The notes beneath the pieces were generated by a model, which worked only from the letters and a program-made list of their open reading frames with translations, was not told where the DNA came from and made no database searches. From Pyrinomonadaceae bacterium (GTDB lineage Bacteria; Acidobacteriota; Blastocatellia; Pyrinomonadales; Pyrinomonadaceae): DNA of 64,000 nucleotides. The stretch lies in assembly GCA_035474235.1 (NCBI GenBank), contig DATINM010000051.1:40437-104436 (forward strand). Direction: 5' to 3'. The translations under genes and the position numbers were made by a program. This document shows, piece by piece, positions 57,324-64,000 of the stretch (the stretch's first letter is position 1; every line of letters begins with the position of its first letter).

Positions 57324-58040
57324 ATGAAGTCTGAGAAAATTTCTGAGTTGACGACGAGCAGGTTGAGCGTCTATCTGCGCTGCCTGAATCTTCTCGCCGC
57401 CGCCGGGGTGAAGACCGTCTCGTCGCAGGCGCTCGCAGACCAGTTCCGCCTGAACTCGGCGCAGATACGCAAAGACCTCGCCCACTTCGGCGAGTTCGGC
57501 ACGCGCGGCGTCGGCTACTCGGTCGAAGAGCTTCGCCGCCACCTTACGCAGATTCTCGGCCTCGACCGCGCACACAGGGTCGGCATCGTCGGCGCAGGCA
57601 ACCTTGGGACTGCGCTCGCAAACTACAGAGGCTTCGGCGAGTCGAGCTTCGAGGTCGTCGCGCTCTTCGACAACGACCGCGGGAAGATCGGGCGCGAGGT
57701 CGGGCAGGCGCGAGTCCGCGTCTTCGACGTTAAGACGCTCGCGCGCGTCGTTCGCGAACGCGAGATTGACGTTTCGGTCGTCGCCGTTCCGGCGCGCGCC
57801 GCACAGCGCGTGTTGAATCAAATCATGTCGGCTGGCGTAAAGGCCGTCTTGAATTTTGCGCCCGTCCGCCTTCACGCGCGTTTGGGCGTGAAGGTGAAGA
57901 CGGTTGACTTGACGATTTCTTTGGAGTCACTATCGTACTTCCTCGCGCGACCTCAGATAACTTGCGTCACGAACCCGCGCGGCCTTCTCTACTTCGAGGA
58001 GACGGCTCAGCGCGAAGAACAAGAGTTGCAGCAAAGCTGA
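57324..58040 (+). CDS. rex: Redox-sensing transcriptional repressor Rex
   Basis: RLSVYLRCLNLL...VSSQALAD.F.LNSAQIRKDLAHFGEFGTRGVGYSVEEL, then Rossmann motif VGIVGAGNLGTALANY. The start was trimmed to the ATG at 57324. Confidence 0.9.
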   Translation: MKSEKISELTTSRLSVYLRCLNLLAAAGVKTVSSQALADQFRLNSAQIRKDLAHFGEFGTRGVGYSVEELRRHLTQILGLDRAHRVGIVGAGNLGTALANYRGFGESSFEVVALFDNDRGKIGREVGQARVRVFDVKTLARVVREREIDVSVVAVPARAAQRVLNQIMSAGVKAVLNFAPVRLHARLGVKVKTVDLTISLESLSYFLARPQITCVTNPRGLLYFEETAQREEQELQQS

Positions 58041-58057
58041 CAAGGAGTTCAGAAGTC

Positions 58058-58516
58058 ATGCATCCCTGCTTGCTAAAAAAACTTTTGCCGTTCGCTTTAA
58101 CTTTCATCGTCGGCGCGACGATTGGCGGGCTGTTCAAGTCTCGCGTGACGACGCAGACTTCGACGGAGCGCACGACGCTGATGATTGACCACAACGGCTA
58201 CGGCCATAGTTGCCGGATGTACCGCCGCGACCTCGTAGCTGAGACGAAGCCGCTCGTCATTTTCTTTAAGCCCGACGCCTTGTTGTCATACAGGGAAGAG
58301 ATGGGTAAAGAGGGAAGAAACACTGTATCAGTGAATGTGACCTTCGGCGCTGACGGAAAAGTGCAAAAGGTCGAGAATCTTCCGCCATTGATGCCTGACG
58401 TAATGAAACAGGCTGTCGAGCGCGCAGCGCGGCAGATTCAGTTCACGCCGGAGATAATCAACAGTGTGCCCATCACCGTCACGAGAGAAGTCGAGATACA
58501 TTTCATGACCGACTGA
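58058..58516 (+). CDS. Membrane-anchored protein with a TonB-C-like C-terminal domain (tentative)
   Basis: N-terminal TM segment (LLPFALTFIVGATIGGLF). The C-terminus, VNVTFGADGKVQKVENL....AVERAARQIQFTPEIINSVPITV, resembles the TonB C-terminal fold. Confidence 0.45.
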   Translation: MHPCLLKKLLPFALTFIVGATIGGLFKSRVTTQTSTERTTLMIDHNGYGHSCRMYRRDLVAETKPLVIFFKPDALLSYREEMGKEGRNTVSVNVTFGADGKVQKVENLPPLMPDVMKQAVERAARQIQFTPEIINSVPITVTREVEIHFMTD

Positions 58517-58542
58517 TCGGCTGTGAAGTTGGACGAATCCTG

Positions 58543-59364
58543 ATGGACGAGCAGACAGCCCGGCGCGAGATCGTGCGCGTCGGCAAGTTGATGTACGAGC
58601 GTTCATACGTCGTCTCTTCGGACGGCAACGTGAGCGTGCGCCTCGAAGACGGTCGCATACTCGCCACGCCGACGCAGACCTCGAAGGGACGCATGACGGA
58701 AGACTCGCTCGCCGTCACCGACATCGAAGGCAAGCCCTTGAACGACCGCCGCGCGTCGTCGGAGCTTGCGATGCACCTTCTCATCTACCGCGAGCGCGAA
58801 GACGTTCGCTCGGTCTGCCACGCGCATCCGCCGCACGGCTCGGCCTTCGCCGTCGCCGGACTCGCGATTGACCAGCCGATTCTCTCCGAAGTTATCTTAA
58901 CTCTCGGTTGCGTCCCGCTCGCAGAGTACGGCACGCCCTCGACCGACGAGTTGACCGAGGCGATGCGCCCGCTCGTCCGGCACCACAACGCTCTGCTGAT
59001 GGCGAATCATGGCGCGGTCGCATACGGCGCGGATTTGTGGCAGGCTTTCGACCGGCTCGAAACACTCGAACACACGGCGAAGATCGCCATCCTCGCGCGA
59101 ACGCTCGGCGGCGCGCGCAACCTCCCGCCCGACTCGATTGAGAAACTGATCAACGTCCGCGAGAAGGCCGGATACCTCGACGAAAGCGCGCGCTGCCAGT
59201 CGTGCGGCTACCTGCACGAGACGCAAGTGGTTTGCCCCTTGGGCGAGCGCGACGCGGCGCAAGCCACGCGCGCGGCGAACGGCGCGGGCGCGAACGGCAA
59301 GATAAGTCTGACGCGTGAAGAGTTGATAGAGCTTCTCAGTCAGGCGTCGCGGGCCGCGAGGTGA
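58543..59364 (+). CDS. Class II aldolase/adducin-family enzyme with a C-terminal extension of about 60 aa
   Basis: S.DGNVSVR, TPTQTSKG.MT, SSELAMHLLIYRERED..SVCHAHPPHG and LMANHGAVAYG show the Zn-His pattern of class II aldolases. The tail carries CQSCGY..VVCP and ends in the amphipathic ISLTREELIELLSQASRAAR. Confidence 0.8.
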   Translation: MDEQTARREIVRVGKLMYERSYVVSSDGNVSVRLEDGRILATPTQTSKGRMTEDSLAVTDIEGKPLNDRRASSELAMHLLIYREREDVRSVCHAHPPHGSAFAVAGLAIDQPILSEVILTLGCVPLAEYGTPSTDELTEAMRPLVRHHNALLMANHGAVAYGADLWQAFDRLETLEHTAKIAILARTLGGARNLPPDSIEKLINVREKAGYLDESARCQSCGYLHETQVVCPLGERDAAQATRAANGAGANGKISLTREELIELLSQASRAAR

Positions 59365-59540
59365 GAGCCGGTGAAGTCGCGGCGACGGGTCGAAGACAAA
59401 TTCATCAAGGCGTCTAATCACGCATCGGATCACTTCGGGTTCTGCCTCACACATCGCTTCGCAAAAGGAGGCTCGACATCCCTAGCCGCCTGCTCAAACA
59501 GTCCGAGATTGACTTCGCGCGACAGGTCTTCGAGGATCAG

Positions 59541-59987
59541 TTGCCGTATAACAAGGTGCATCTGGCGAGTTACTATCTGCCCGGCAATCAGGGCATCGCC
59601 GTCACGCTCGCGTCCGTCTCGACGCTGATCCCCGTGCGCTCTTTGAGGAACTACACGATCTACTTCGGCCCGGACGTTTTCCGCGACGGCGCGGATCGCC
59701 CCGGCGTGCGCGACACCTTCATACACGAGCTTACGCACGTGTGGCAGGGATACAACGGCGGACTCGGCTGGGAGTACATGGTCGAGTCCATGATCGCGCA
59801 GGGGCACGCCGTCATCACGCGGGGCGACCGGAATCGCGCTTACGACTACAAGCCCGGCGCGGACTGGAACAGCTACAACGTCGAGCAACAGGCGCTCATC
59901 GTGCAGGACTGGTTCCAAAACGGCATGAGGGAAGACGACGAAAGATATTCTTACGTCGTCAACAACATTCGCGCAGGCCGGAATTAA
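59541..59987 (+). CDS. Small HExxH protein (DUF4157-like metallopeptidase fold, tentative); the true start is probably upstream
   Basis: FIHELTHVWQG preceded by ...VHLASYY....GIAVTL.....YTIYFGPDVF. The frame is open back to 59418, with AAGGAGG at 59465-59471. Confidence 0.55.
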   Translation: MPYNKVHLASYYLPGNQGIAVTLASVSTLIPVRSLRNYTIYFGPDVFRDGADRPGVRDTFIHELTHVWQGYNGGLGWEYMVESMIAQGHAVITRGDRNRAYDYKPGADWNSYNVEQQALIVQDWFQNGMREDDERYSYVVNNIRAGRN

Positions 59988-60082
59988 CCGTCAGTTCGGA
60001 AAATTGATGCGAGGCTCATAACGCACGGCGCTTCCGACTGCGAAACGAGAGCAGCCGCACTCCTGCTCGCCTCCCGGCGCTC

Positions 60083-60325
60083 ATGTTTGATAGGATACTC
60101 AACGTCATCTTTCTGTTTGCGGGTAACGCGGCGTTCTGGCTGCTGATTCTAAGCAGGCGTGCGCGAAGATTCGTCATCAAAGGTTGGATAAGAAGATACG
60201 GGACGAATGATGCCGGAGAAGAGATCAAGACGGGCGAACTCGTTATCCTCTGCATGGCGGTCGTAGGCGAAATGGCTTTCATCCTGTTGACGGTCGCCGT
60301 CATCTTCGGATTCTTGAGAAGATAA
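60083..60325 (+). CDS. Possible small two-TM membrane protein
   Basis: 80-aa ORF with two hydrophobic segments (ILNVIFLFAGNAAFWLLIL and LVILCMAVVGEMAFILLTVAVIFGF). It is AT-richer than its surroundings and has no clear SD. Confidence 0.35.
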   Translation: MFDRILNVIFLFAGNAAFWLLILSRRARRFVIKGWIRRYGTNDAGEEIKTGELVILCMAVVGEMAFILLTVAVIFGFLRR

Positions 60326-60387
60326 CGTCGCCCGCGCTGAGACGAGGAAAGCATTTTCAAATTAACTTTGGTTAAGGAGCACATCGA

Positions 60388-60672
60388 ATGCCTCAAGAAG
60401 CACTCGGAATGGTCGAGACGAAGGGACTCGTGGCGATGATCGAGGCCGCGGACGCGATGGTGAAGGCTGCGAACGTCACGCTCGTCGGCTACGAGAAGAT
60501 CGGCGCGGGCTTCGTTACGGCAATCGTGCGCGGCGATGTTGCGGCTGTGAAGGCCGCGACCGACGCCGGAGCGGCAGCCGCACGCCGTGTCGGCGAACTC
60601 GTCAGCGTCCACGTCATCCCGCGCCCGCACGGAAGCGTTGACGAGGCGCTTCCGGTCGGCGGCGACAGATAA
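60388..60672 (+). CDS. Bacterial microcompartment shell protein, single-BMC-domain hexamer type (BMC-H)
   Basis: [76 protein letters not shown] is a canonical PduA/EutM/CcmK-like sequence. AAGGAG SD. Confidence 0.92.
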   Translation: MPQEALGMVETKGLVAMIEAADAMVKAANVTLVGYEKIGAGFVTAIVRGDVAAVKAATDAGAAAARRVGELVSVHVIPRPHGSVDEALPVGGDR

Positions 60673-60676
60673 AAGC

Positions 60677-60750
60677 AGTGATAAGTGATGAGTGATGAGT
60701 GATAAGAAGAAAGCTTTTAACTCATCACTCATCACTCATCACTCATCACT
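60677..60750. repeat. Heptamer-built hairpin (GTGATGA/GTGATAA units) filling the BMC-H / BMC-P spacer
   Basis: AGTGATAAGTGATGAGTGATGAGTGATAAGAAG ... CTCATCACTCATCACTCATCACTCATCACT. Same unit family as the elements at 6152 and 36466. Confidence 0.85.
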
Positions 60751-60755
60751 TTCCA

Positions 60756-61028
60756 ATGATTATCGCGCGCATACTCGGAACGGTCGTCTCGACGCAGAAG
60801 GACGAGCGGCTGAAGGGCAACAAGCTCCTTCTCGTCCGGCCCCTGAACCTCGACGGCTCGGACGGCGCAGGCTACGTCGTCGCCGTCGATACGGTCGGCG
60901 CGGGATTCCACGAACGCGTGCTTGTCGTCGCAGGCTCCAGCGCGCGACTCGCCGAAGGCTTGAAGGACAAGCCCGTTGACGCCGCCATCATCGGCGTCAT
61001 CGACACTGTGGATTTCGTTAACGATTAG
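60756..61028 (+). CDS. BMC vertex pentamer protein (EutN/CcmL family, BMC-P) paralog 1
   Basis: MIIARILGTVVSTQKDERLKGNKLLLVRPL...VAVDTVGAGFHERVLVVAGSSAR......VDAAIIGVIDTVD. The start was trimmed to the ATG at 60756. Confidence 0.87.
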   Translation: MIIARILGTVVSTQKDERLKGNKLLLVRPLNLDGSDGAGYVVAVDTVGAGFHERVLVVAGSSARLAEGLKDKPVDAAIIGVIDTVDFVND

Positions 61029-61132
61029 CTGTCAGCACTCAGCTTCCGTCTTGCTCCGAAGTCGAGCGGCGAGATGAAAGGCTTTTGACTGAGTGAAAAA
61101 AGTTGAATGCCGACCGCTGAGTGCTGAAAGCT
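61027..61132. repeat. 17-bp inverted repeat bracketing the BMC-P1/BMC-P2 spacer
   Basis: AGCTGTCAGCACTCAGC (61027-61043) faces GCTGAGTGCTGAAAGCT (61116-61132), with one mismatch and about 72 nt between the arms. Confidence 0.55.
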
Positions 61133-61135
61133 TCC

Positions 61136-61423
61136 ATGCAACTTGCGCGCGTAATCGGCAACGTCGTGGCGACAGTGAAGAACGATTCGCTGGAAGGAAG
61201 AAAGCTTCTCGTCGTGCAGTCGCTCAACGCGGATTTGAAGCCGCAGGGTGCGCCCCTCGTCGCGCTCGACGCAATCGGCGCCGGGATAGGCGAACTCGTT
61301 TTCTGGTGTCGAGGCAAAGAGGCGAGCTTTCCCTTCAGACGTGAAGACACGCCGACCGACTGCACGATCATCGGCATCGTCGATTCGGACGAACACGTGT
61401 CGAGAGGGAGGCGTCCGAGATGA
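61136..61423 (+). CDS. BMC vertex pentamer protein (EutN/CcmL family, BMC-P) paralog 2
   Basis: MQLARVIGNVVATVKNDSLEGRKLLVVQSL...VALDAIGAGIGELVFWCRG.EA.......DCTIIGIVDS. Confidence 0.85.
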   Translation: MQLARVIGNVVATVKNDSLEGRKLLVVQSLNADLKPQGAPLVALDAIGAGIGELVFWCRGKEASFPFRREDTPTDCTIIGIVDSDEHVSRGRRPR

Positions 61424-61710
61424 TTCTTGCGCGCGTGCTCGGCAACGTCGTGGCGACGCAGAAGAACGCGCGCTACGAGAACGCGCGCGTGATGCTCTGC
61501 CAGCCGGTGACGCCGGAGGGAGAGGAGTGGGGCGCGACCTTGCTCGCGCTCGACTCGGTTGACGCGGGCGAGGGCGATCTTGTGTTAGTCGTGCAGGAAG
61601 GTTGGAGCGCCTCGACCGCCGCGACGGGCGAACAGGGCGCGGCGATTGACTCGGCCATCGTCGGGGTCGTTGACCGCGTTGACCTGCTCGAAGAGGAAGC
61701 GAAGGGATGA
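61420..61710 (+). CDS. BMC vertex pentamer protein (EutN/CcmL family, BMC-P) paralog 3
   Basis: MILARVLGNVVATQKNARYENARVMLCQPV...LALDSVDAGEGDLVLVVQEG.......IDSAIVGVVDRVD. ATGA overlap with paralog 2. Confidence 0.85.
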   Translation: MILARVLGNVVATQKNARYENARVMLCQPVTPEGEEWGATLLALDSVDAGEGDLVLVVQEGWSASTAATGEQGAAIDSAIVGVVDRVDLLEEEAKG

Positions 61711-62171
61711 GCAGCGAGCAGGACAGGGTGCGCGAACTGGCGGAGCGCGTCGCGCGCAAGCTCTCGAACGAGCCGGCGAGCGGCTCGCGTGCCGAGGGCG
61801 AGGGCGACGAACTGGGCTTGCTCCGCGCGAGCCTCGCGGAGATTCGACGACGCCTCGACGACATCGAATCTCAAACGTCGCGCGGACACGACGGCACCGC
61901 GGCGCGACAGTCGAGCATCGGCGAAGAGAAGCGAGTCTCCGCGTCTCCGGCACAAGCATCCGCGCCGCACGCGCAGACGCCGACGCGCTCGATGTGGCTG
62001 AGCGGCACTTACATGCCCGCGACGGAGCATCCGAGTCAGGAGCAGTTCACCGGGATAGGCGAGGCCGTCTCGGAACTCGTCGAATTCTTCGAGCGCGAGA
62101 AGACCTGCAACGTCGAACCGGGCGGCAAGCCATGCGACCACTGCGGCCTTTGTAGCTCGCGCGGTTTTTAG
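61707..62171 (+). CDS. Hypothetical BMC-locus protein with an N-terminal amphipathic helix and a C-terminal CX8CX2CX2C motif
   Basis: ATGA overlap with BMC-P3. Contains DRVRELAERVARKL and LLRASLAEIRRRLDDIE helices, a disordered middle, and C-terminal CNVEPGGKPCDHCGLCSSRGF. Confidence 0.55.
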   Translation: MSSEQDRVRELAERVARKLSNEPASGSRAEGEGDELGLLRASLAEIRRRLDDIESQTSRGHDGTAARQSSIGEEKRVSASPAQASAPHAQTPTRSMWLSGTYMPATEHPSQEQFTGIGEAVSELVEFFEREKTCNVEPGGKPCDHCGLCSSRGF

Positions 62172-62211
62172 ATGGAGGCGCGTGTCAGCGCGGGGTTAAT
62201 CATAAAGAATT

Positions 62212-62248
62212 AAAGGCTCGGAGAAAGCTGCTGGCTTTCTCCGAGCCT
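62212..62248. terminator. Perfect 16-bp hairpin between the convergent BMC operon end and lemA
   Basis: AAGGCTCGGAGAAAGC / TGCTG / GCTTTCTCCGAGCCTT. Confidence 0.65.
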
Positions 62249-62369
62249 TCGTGCGTGACGCTACGTACCGCGTCAGTTGCGTCCGTAATTCTGTCAAAGC
62301 CGTCTCGTGTTTTATCGCCGTGGGATTATTTCTTCCGCGGCGCGCGCCGGCCCTTTAATTCGCCTCTTC

Positions 62370-63023
62370 TCATTTCGTATTCGCGTCGCTTTGACCGCCC
62401 TGGTTGCGGCGCAACGTGTCGCCATTTAGCTTTGGCGCTTCGCGCGCGCCGGCTTCGGCCTGGAAGTAAGGCTCCTCTTTAAAGCCGTACATTTTGGCGG
62501 CGATGACCATCGGGAACTGTCCGCGCGAAGTGTTGTAATCCTTCACAGCCGCGTTGTAGTCCTCGCGGGCGACCTGTATGCGGTTCTCCGTGCCCTCAAC
62601 CGCGTCCTGAACCTTCTGAAAGCTCTCGGTTGAGCGCAACTCCGGGTACTGCTCGGCGAGTGACAGAAGCCGTCCGACCGTCCCGCCGAAGCTGTTCGCG
62701 GCATCAATCACGGCCTGCTTCTGCTCCGGCGTCTTGTCGCCGTTCTCACCCTGTGGCGGCGCGCCAGTCGCGTTCAAAAGTCGCGAGCGCGCCTCGGCGA
62801 TCTGCCCGAAGACCTCTTGCTCTTGTATGCTCGCGGCGCGCGCCGCCTCAAATGTATTCGGCAGTAGGTCTGCGCGTCGCTGTAGCTGCGATTCTACGTT
62901 CGACCATCTCTCTTTAACGGACTGTTGCTTCGAGACGAGCGTGTTGTAGCCGCAGCCGCCCGAAGTGAAAGCGACGAGCATGACGGCGGCGAGCAATAAC
63001 ATTCTTCTTCTATTCATCAGCAT
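62370..63023 (-). CDS. lemA: LemA-family protein
   Basis: N-terminal TM/lipobox-like segment (LLAAVMLVAFTSGGCGYN), WSNVESQLQRRADLLPN, YNAAVKDYNT are LemA hallmarks. Confidence 0.9.
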   Translation of the reverse strand: MLMNRRRMLLLAAVMLVAFTSGGCGYNTLVSKQQSVKERWSNVESQLQRRADLLPNTFEAARAASIQEQEVFGQIAEARSRLLNATGAPPQGENGDKTPEQKQAVIDAANSFGGTVGRLLSLAEQYPELRSTESFQKVQDAVEGTENRIQVAREDYNAAVKDYNTSRGQFPMVIAAKMYGFKEEPYFQAEAGAREAPKLNGDTLRRNQGGQSDANTK

Positions 63024-63084
63024 CCTCCTGACTAAAAAGCCTGAGACATGAAGCCTTCAAAACCGAACTCACTTAAATCAAAGC

Positions 63085-63828
63085 TCACATTCGGACAGAA
63101 GCTTCCAGTTTGTCAACGGATTCGATAACGCGCTCGACCTGCGCGATGTACTCGGCGAAGAGTTCGTTCGATTCGGCATCGCCGAGCGTCGCGTTGCGTC
63201 CAGCCTCGCGCAACTCGAAGACGCGCTCGAAGACCGAGCCGTCGAGCGCGAGCAGCCGCGCAGTCGCGCGCACGACATCGCGCTTCAAAACGGGCGGCTC
63301 CTCGCCGTGCAGCATCAGCACCGGCGCGAACAGAGTCGCGAAGCTCGAAACGCTGTCGCTCATCAGGTCGCGCAAACGCTCCGCCGAGACGGAGGCGGAG
63401 ATGTAGAGGCGTCGGAGTTGGATGAGCTTGCTGCGAAGCTCGTACTCGGTCTGATGCCGAAGGTTCTCGTCGGAGATTCTCACGCTCTCGAACGGATCGC
63501 GCCCGTAGAGAACGACGCGCGCGCGCTGCATCTGATGGAACTCAATCGGGAAAACGTCCGCCGCGTCGTGCAACTCCGCCGAGGTGAAATATACGGGGAG
63601 CGGGTGGCCGAGTCGCCGCCACTCGCGCATCGCCGCCTGCGCCTGCCGCAAGTCCTCCGGCGTGATGCGTTCGAGCGCGATAAGGATGTTATAGTCCGAC
63701 TCGGTCTGCACGAAGTCACCCGAAGCCGCCGACCCGTAGAGGACGACCGCGGCGAGGTTGTCGCCGTGCGTCGCCTTCAGGTCGCCGACGAGATTGTTGA
63801 AAGCCTCATGCGCAACTCTGTTCGCCAT
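63085..63828 (-). CDS. Nucleotidyltransferase-fold (Pol-beta superfamily) protein with a helical C-terminal domain
   Basis: VVLYGSAASGDFVQTESDYNILIAL fits the hG[GS] ... [DE]h[DE]h minimal NTase pattern, but the second acidic position is Asn. Confidence 0.65.
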   Translation of the reverse strand: MANRVAHEAFNNLVGDLKATHGDNLAAVVLYGSAASGDFVQTESDYNILIALERITPEDLRQAQAAMREWRRLGHPLPVYFTSAELHDAADVFPIEFHQMQRARVVLYGRDPFESVRISDENLRHQTEYELRSKLIQLRRLYISASVSAERLRDLMSDSVSSFATLFAPVLMLHGEEPPVLKRDVVRATARLLALDGSVFERVFELREAGRNATLGDAESNELFAEYIAQVERVIESVDKLEASVRM

Positions 63829-63911
63829 CAGTCACACTCTCCGAAACGATGAAGTATGAACGCTGAGCGCGGAACTGAAAACAGTTCGTCGTTCCGAGTT
63901 CAACGTTTGAT

Positions 63912-64000
63912 CTACCAGCTACCTCCCGCGCCGCCGCCTCCGAAGTCGCCGCCGCCGCCGAAGCCTCCGAAGCCGCCGCCGCCCCAGCCCGAACCGCCGC
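63912..64000 (-). CDS. 3' end of a gene encoding a Gly-rich C-terminus (TPM/YgcG-like tail, tentative); 5' end outside the window
   Basis: The reverse complement of 63912-64000 reads ...GGSGWGGGGFGGFGGGGDFGGGGAGGSW-stop. Such tails are typical of TPM-domain proteins that neighbour LemA. Confidence 0.4.
   Translation of the reverse strand, partial: GGSGWGGGGFGGFGGGGDFGGGGAGGSW

Noticed and set aside
60016-60735. A 239-aa minus-strand ORF spanning the BMC-H gene region.
   Set aside because: It is antisense to a canonical BMC-H gene and to the small TM ORF. It begins inside the hairpin repeat (..[12 protein letters not shown]..) and has no recognisable motif.

Overview
High-GC bacterial chromosomal segment. 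The gene content (bacillithiol genes bshC and ypdA, MglA/MglB, CarboxypepD_reg-type TonB-dependent receptor, Gly-rich secreted proteins) fits an Acidobacteriota-like organism; this taxonomic call is inference only. About 60 protein genes can be supported. I found no rRNA, tRNA, CRISPR array, transposase or integrase by eye.

The backbone is housekeeping. It includes rpsB-tsf-pyrH-frr, rplM-rpsI, a biotin carboxylase/BCCP pair, greA, yvcK-glmU-glmS, ruvA-ruvB, queA, mutL, rex and a malic enzyme.

Four things stand out:
1. A compact bacterial microcompartment (BMC) locus at 58.5-62.2 kb. It has a class II aldolase with a C-terminal tail, an HExxH protein, one BMC-H, three BMC-P paralogs and a Cys-motif protein. 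No BMC-T and no aldehyde dehydrogenase or phosphotransacylase core is visible.
2. A visibly AT-richer island of about 3.3 kb (19.7-23.1 kb). It carries a DpnII-family type II R-M pair separated by a 14-nt homopolymer, a third gene fusing a HARE-HTH-like domain to a nuclease-like domain, and an XRE regulator.
3. A dispersed family of long intergenic hairpins whose arms are built from tandem ~7-nt units. They fill almost every short spacer inside and between the housekeeping operons.
4. Several large orphan genes of conflict or signalling flavour: a BrxC/DUF6079-like P-loop NTPase, a patatin-like phospholipase split by a multi-TM insert, and a TIR/deoxyribosyltransferase-like plus TPR protein.

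Many ORF-track entries are antisense or out-of-frame GC artefacts and were discarded. Several starts were trimmed where the track extends an ORF into a hairpin repeat.
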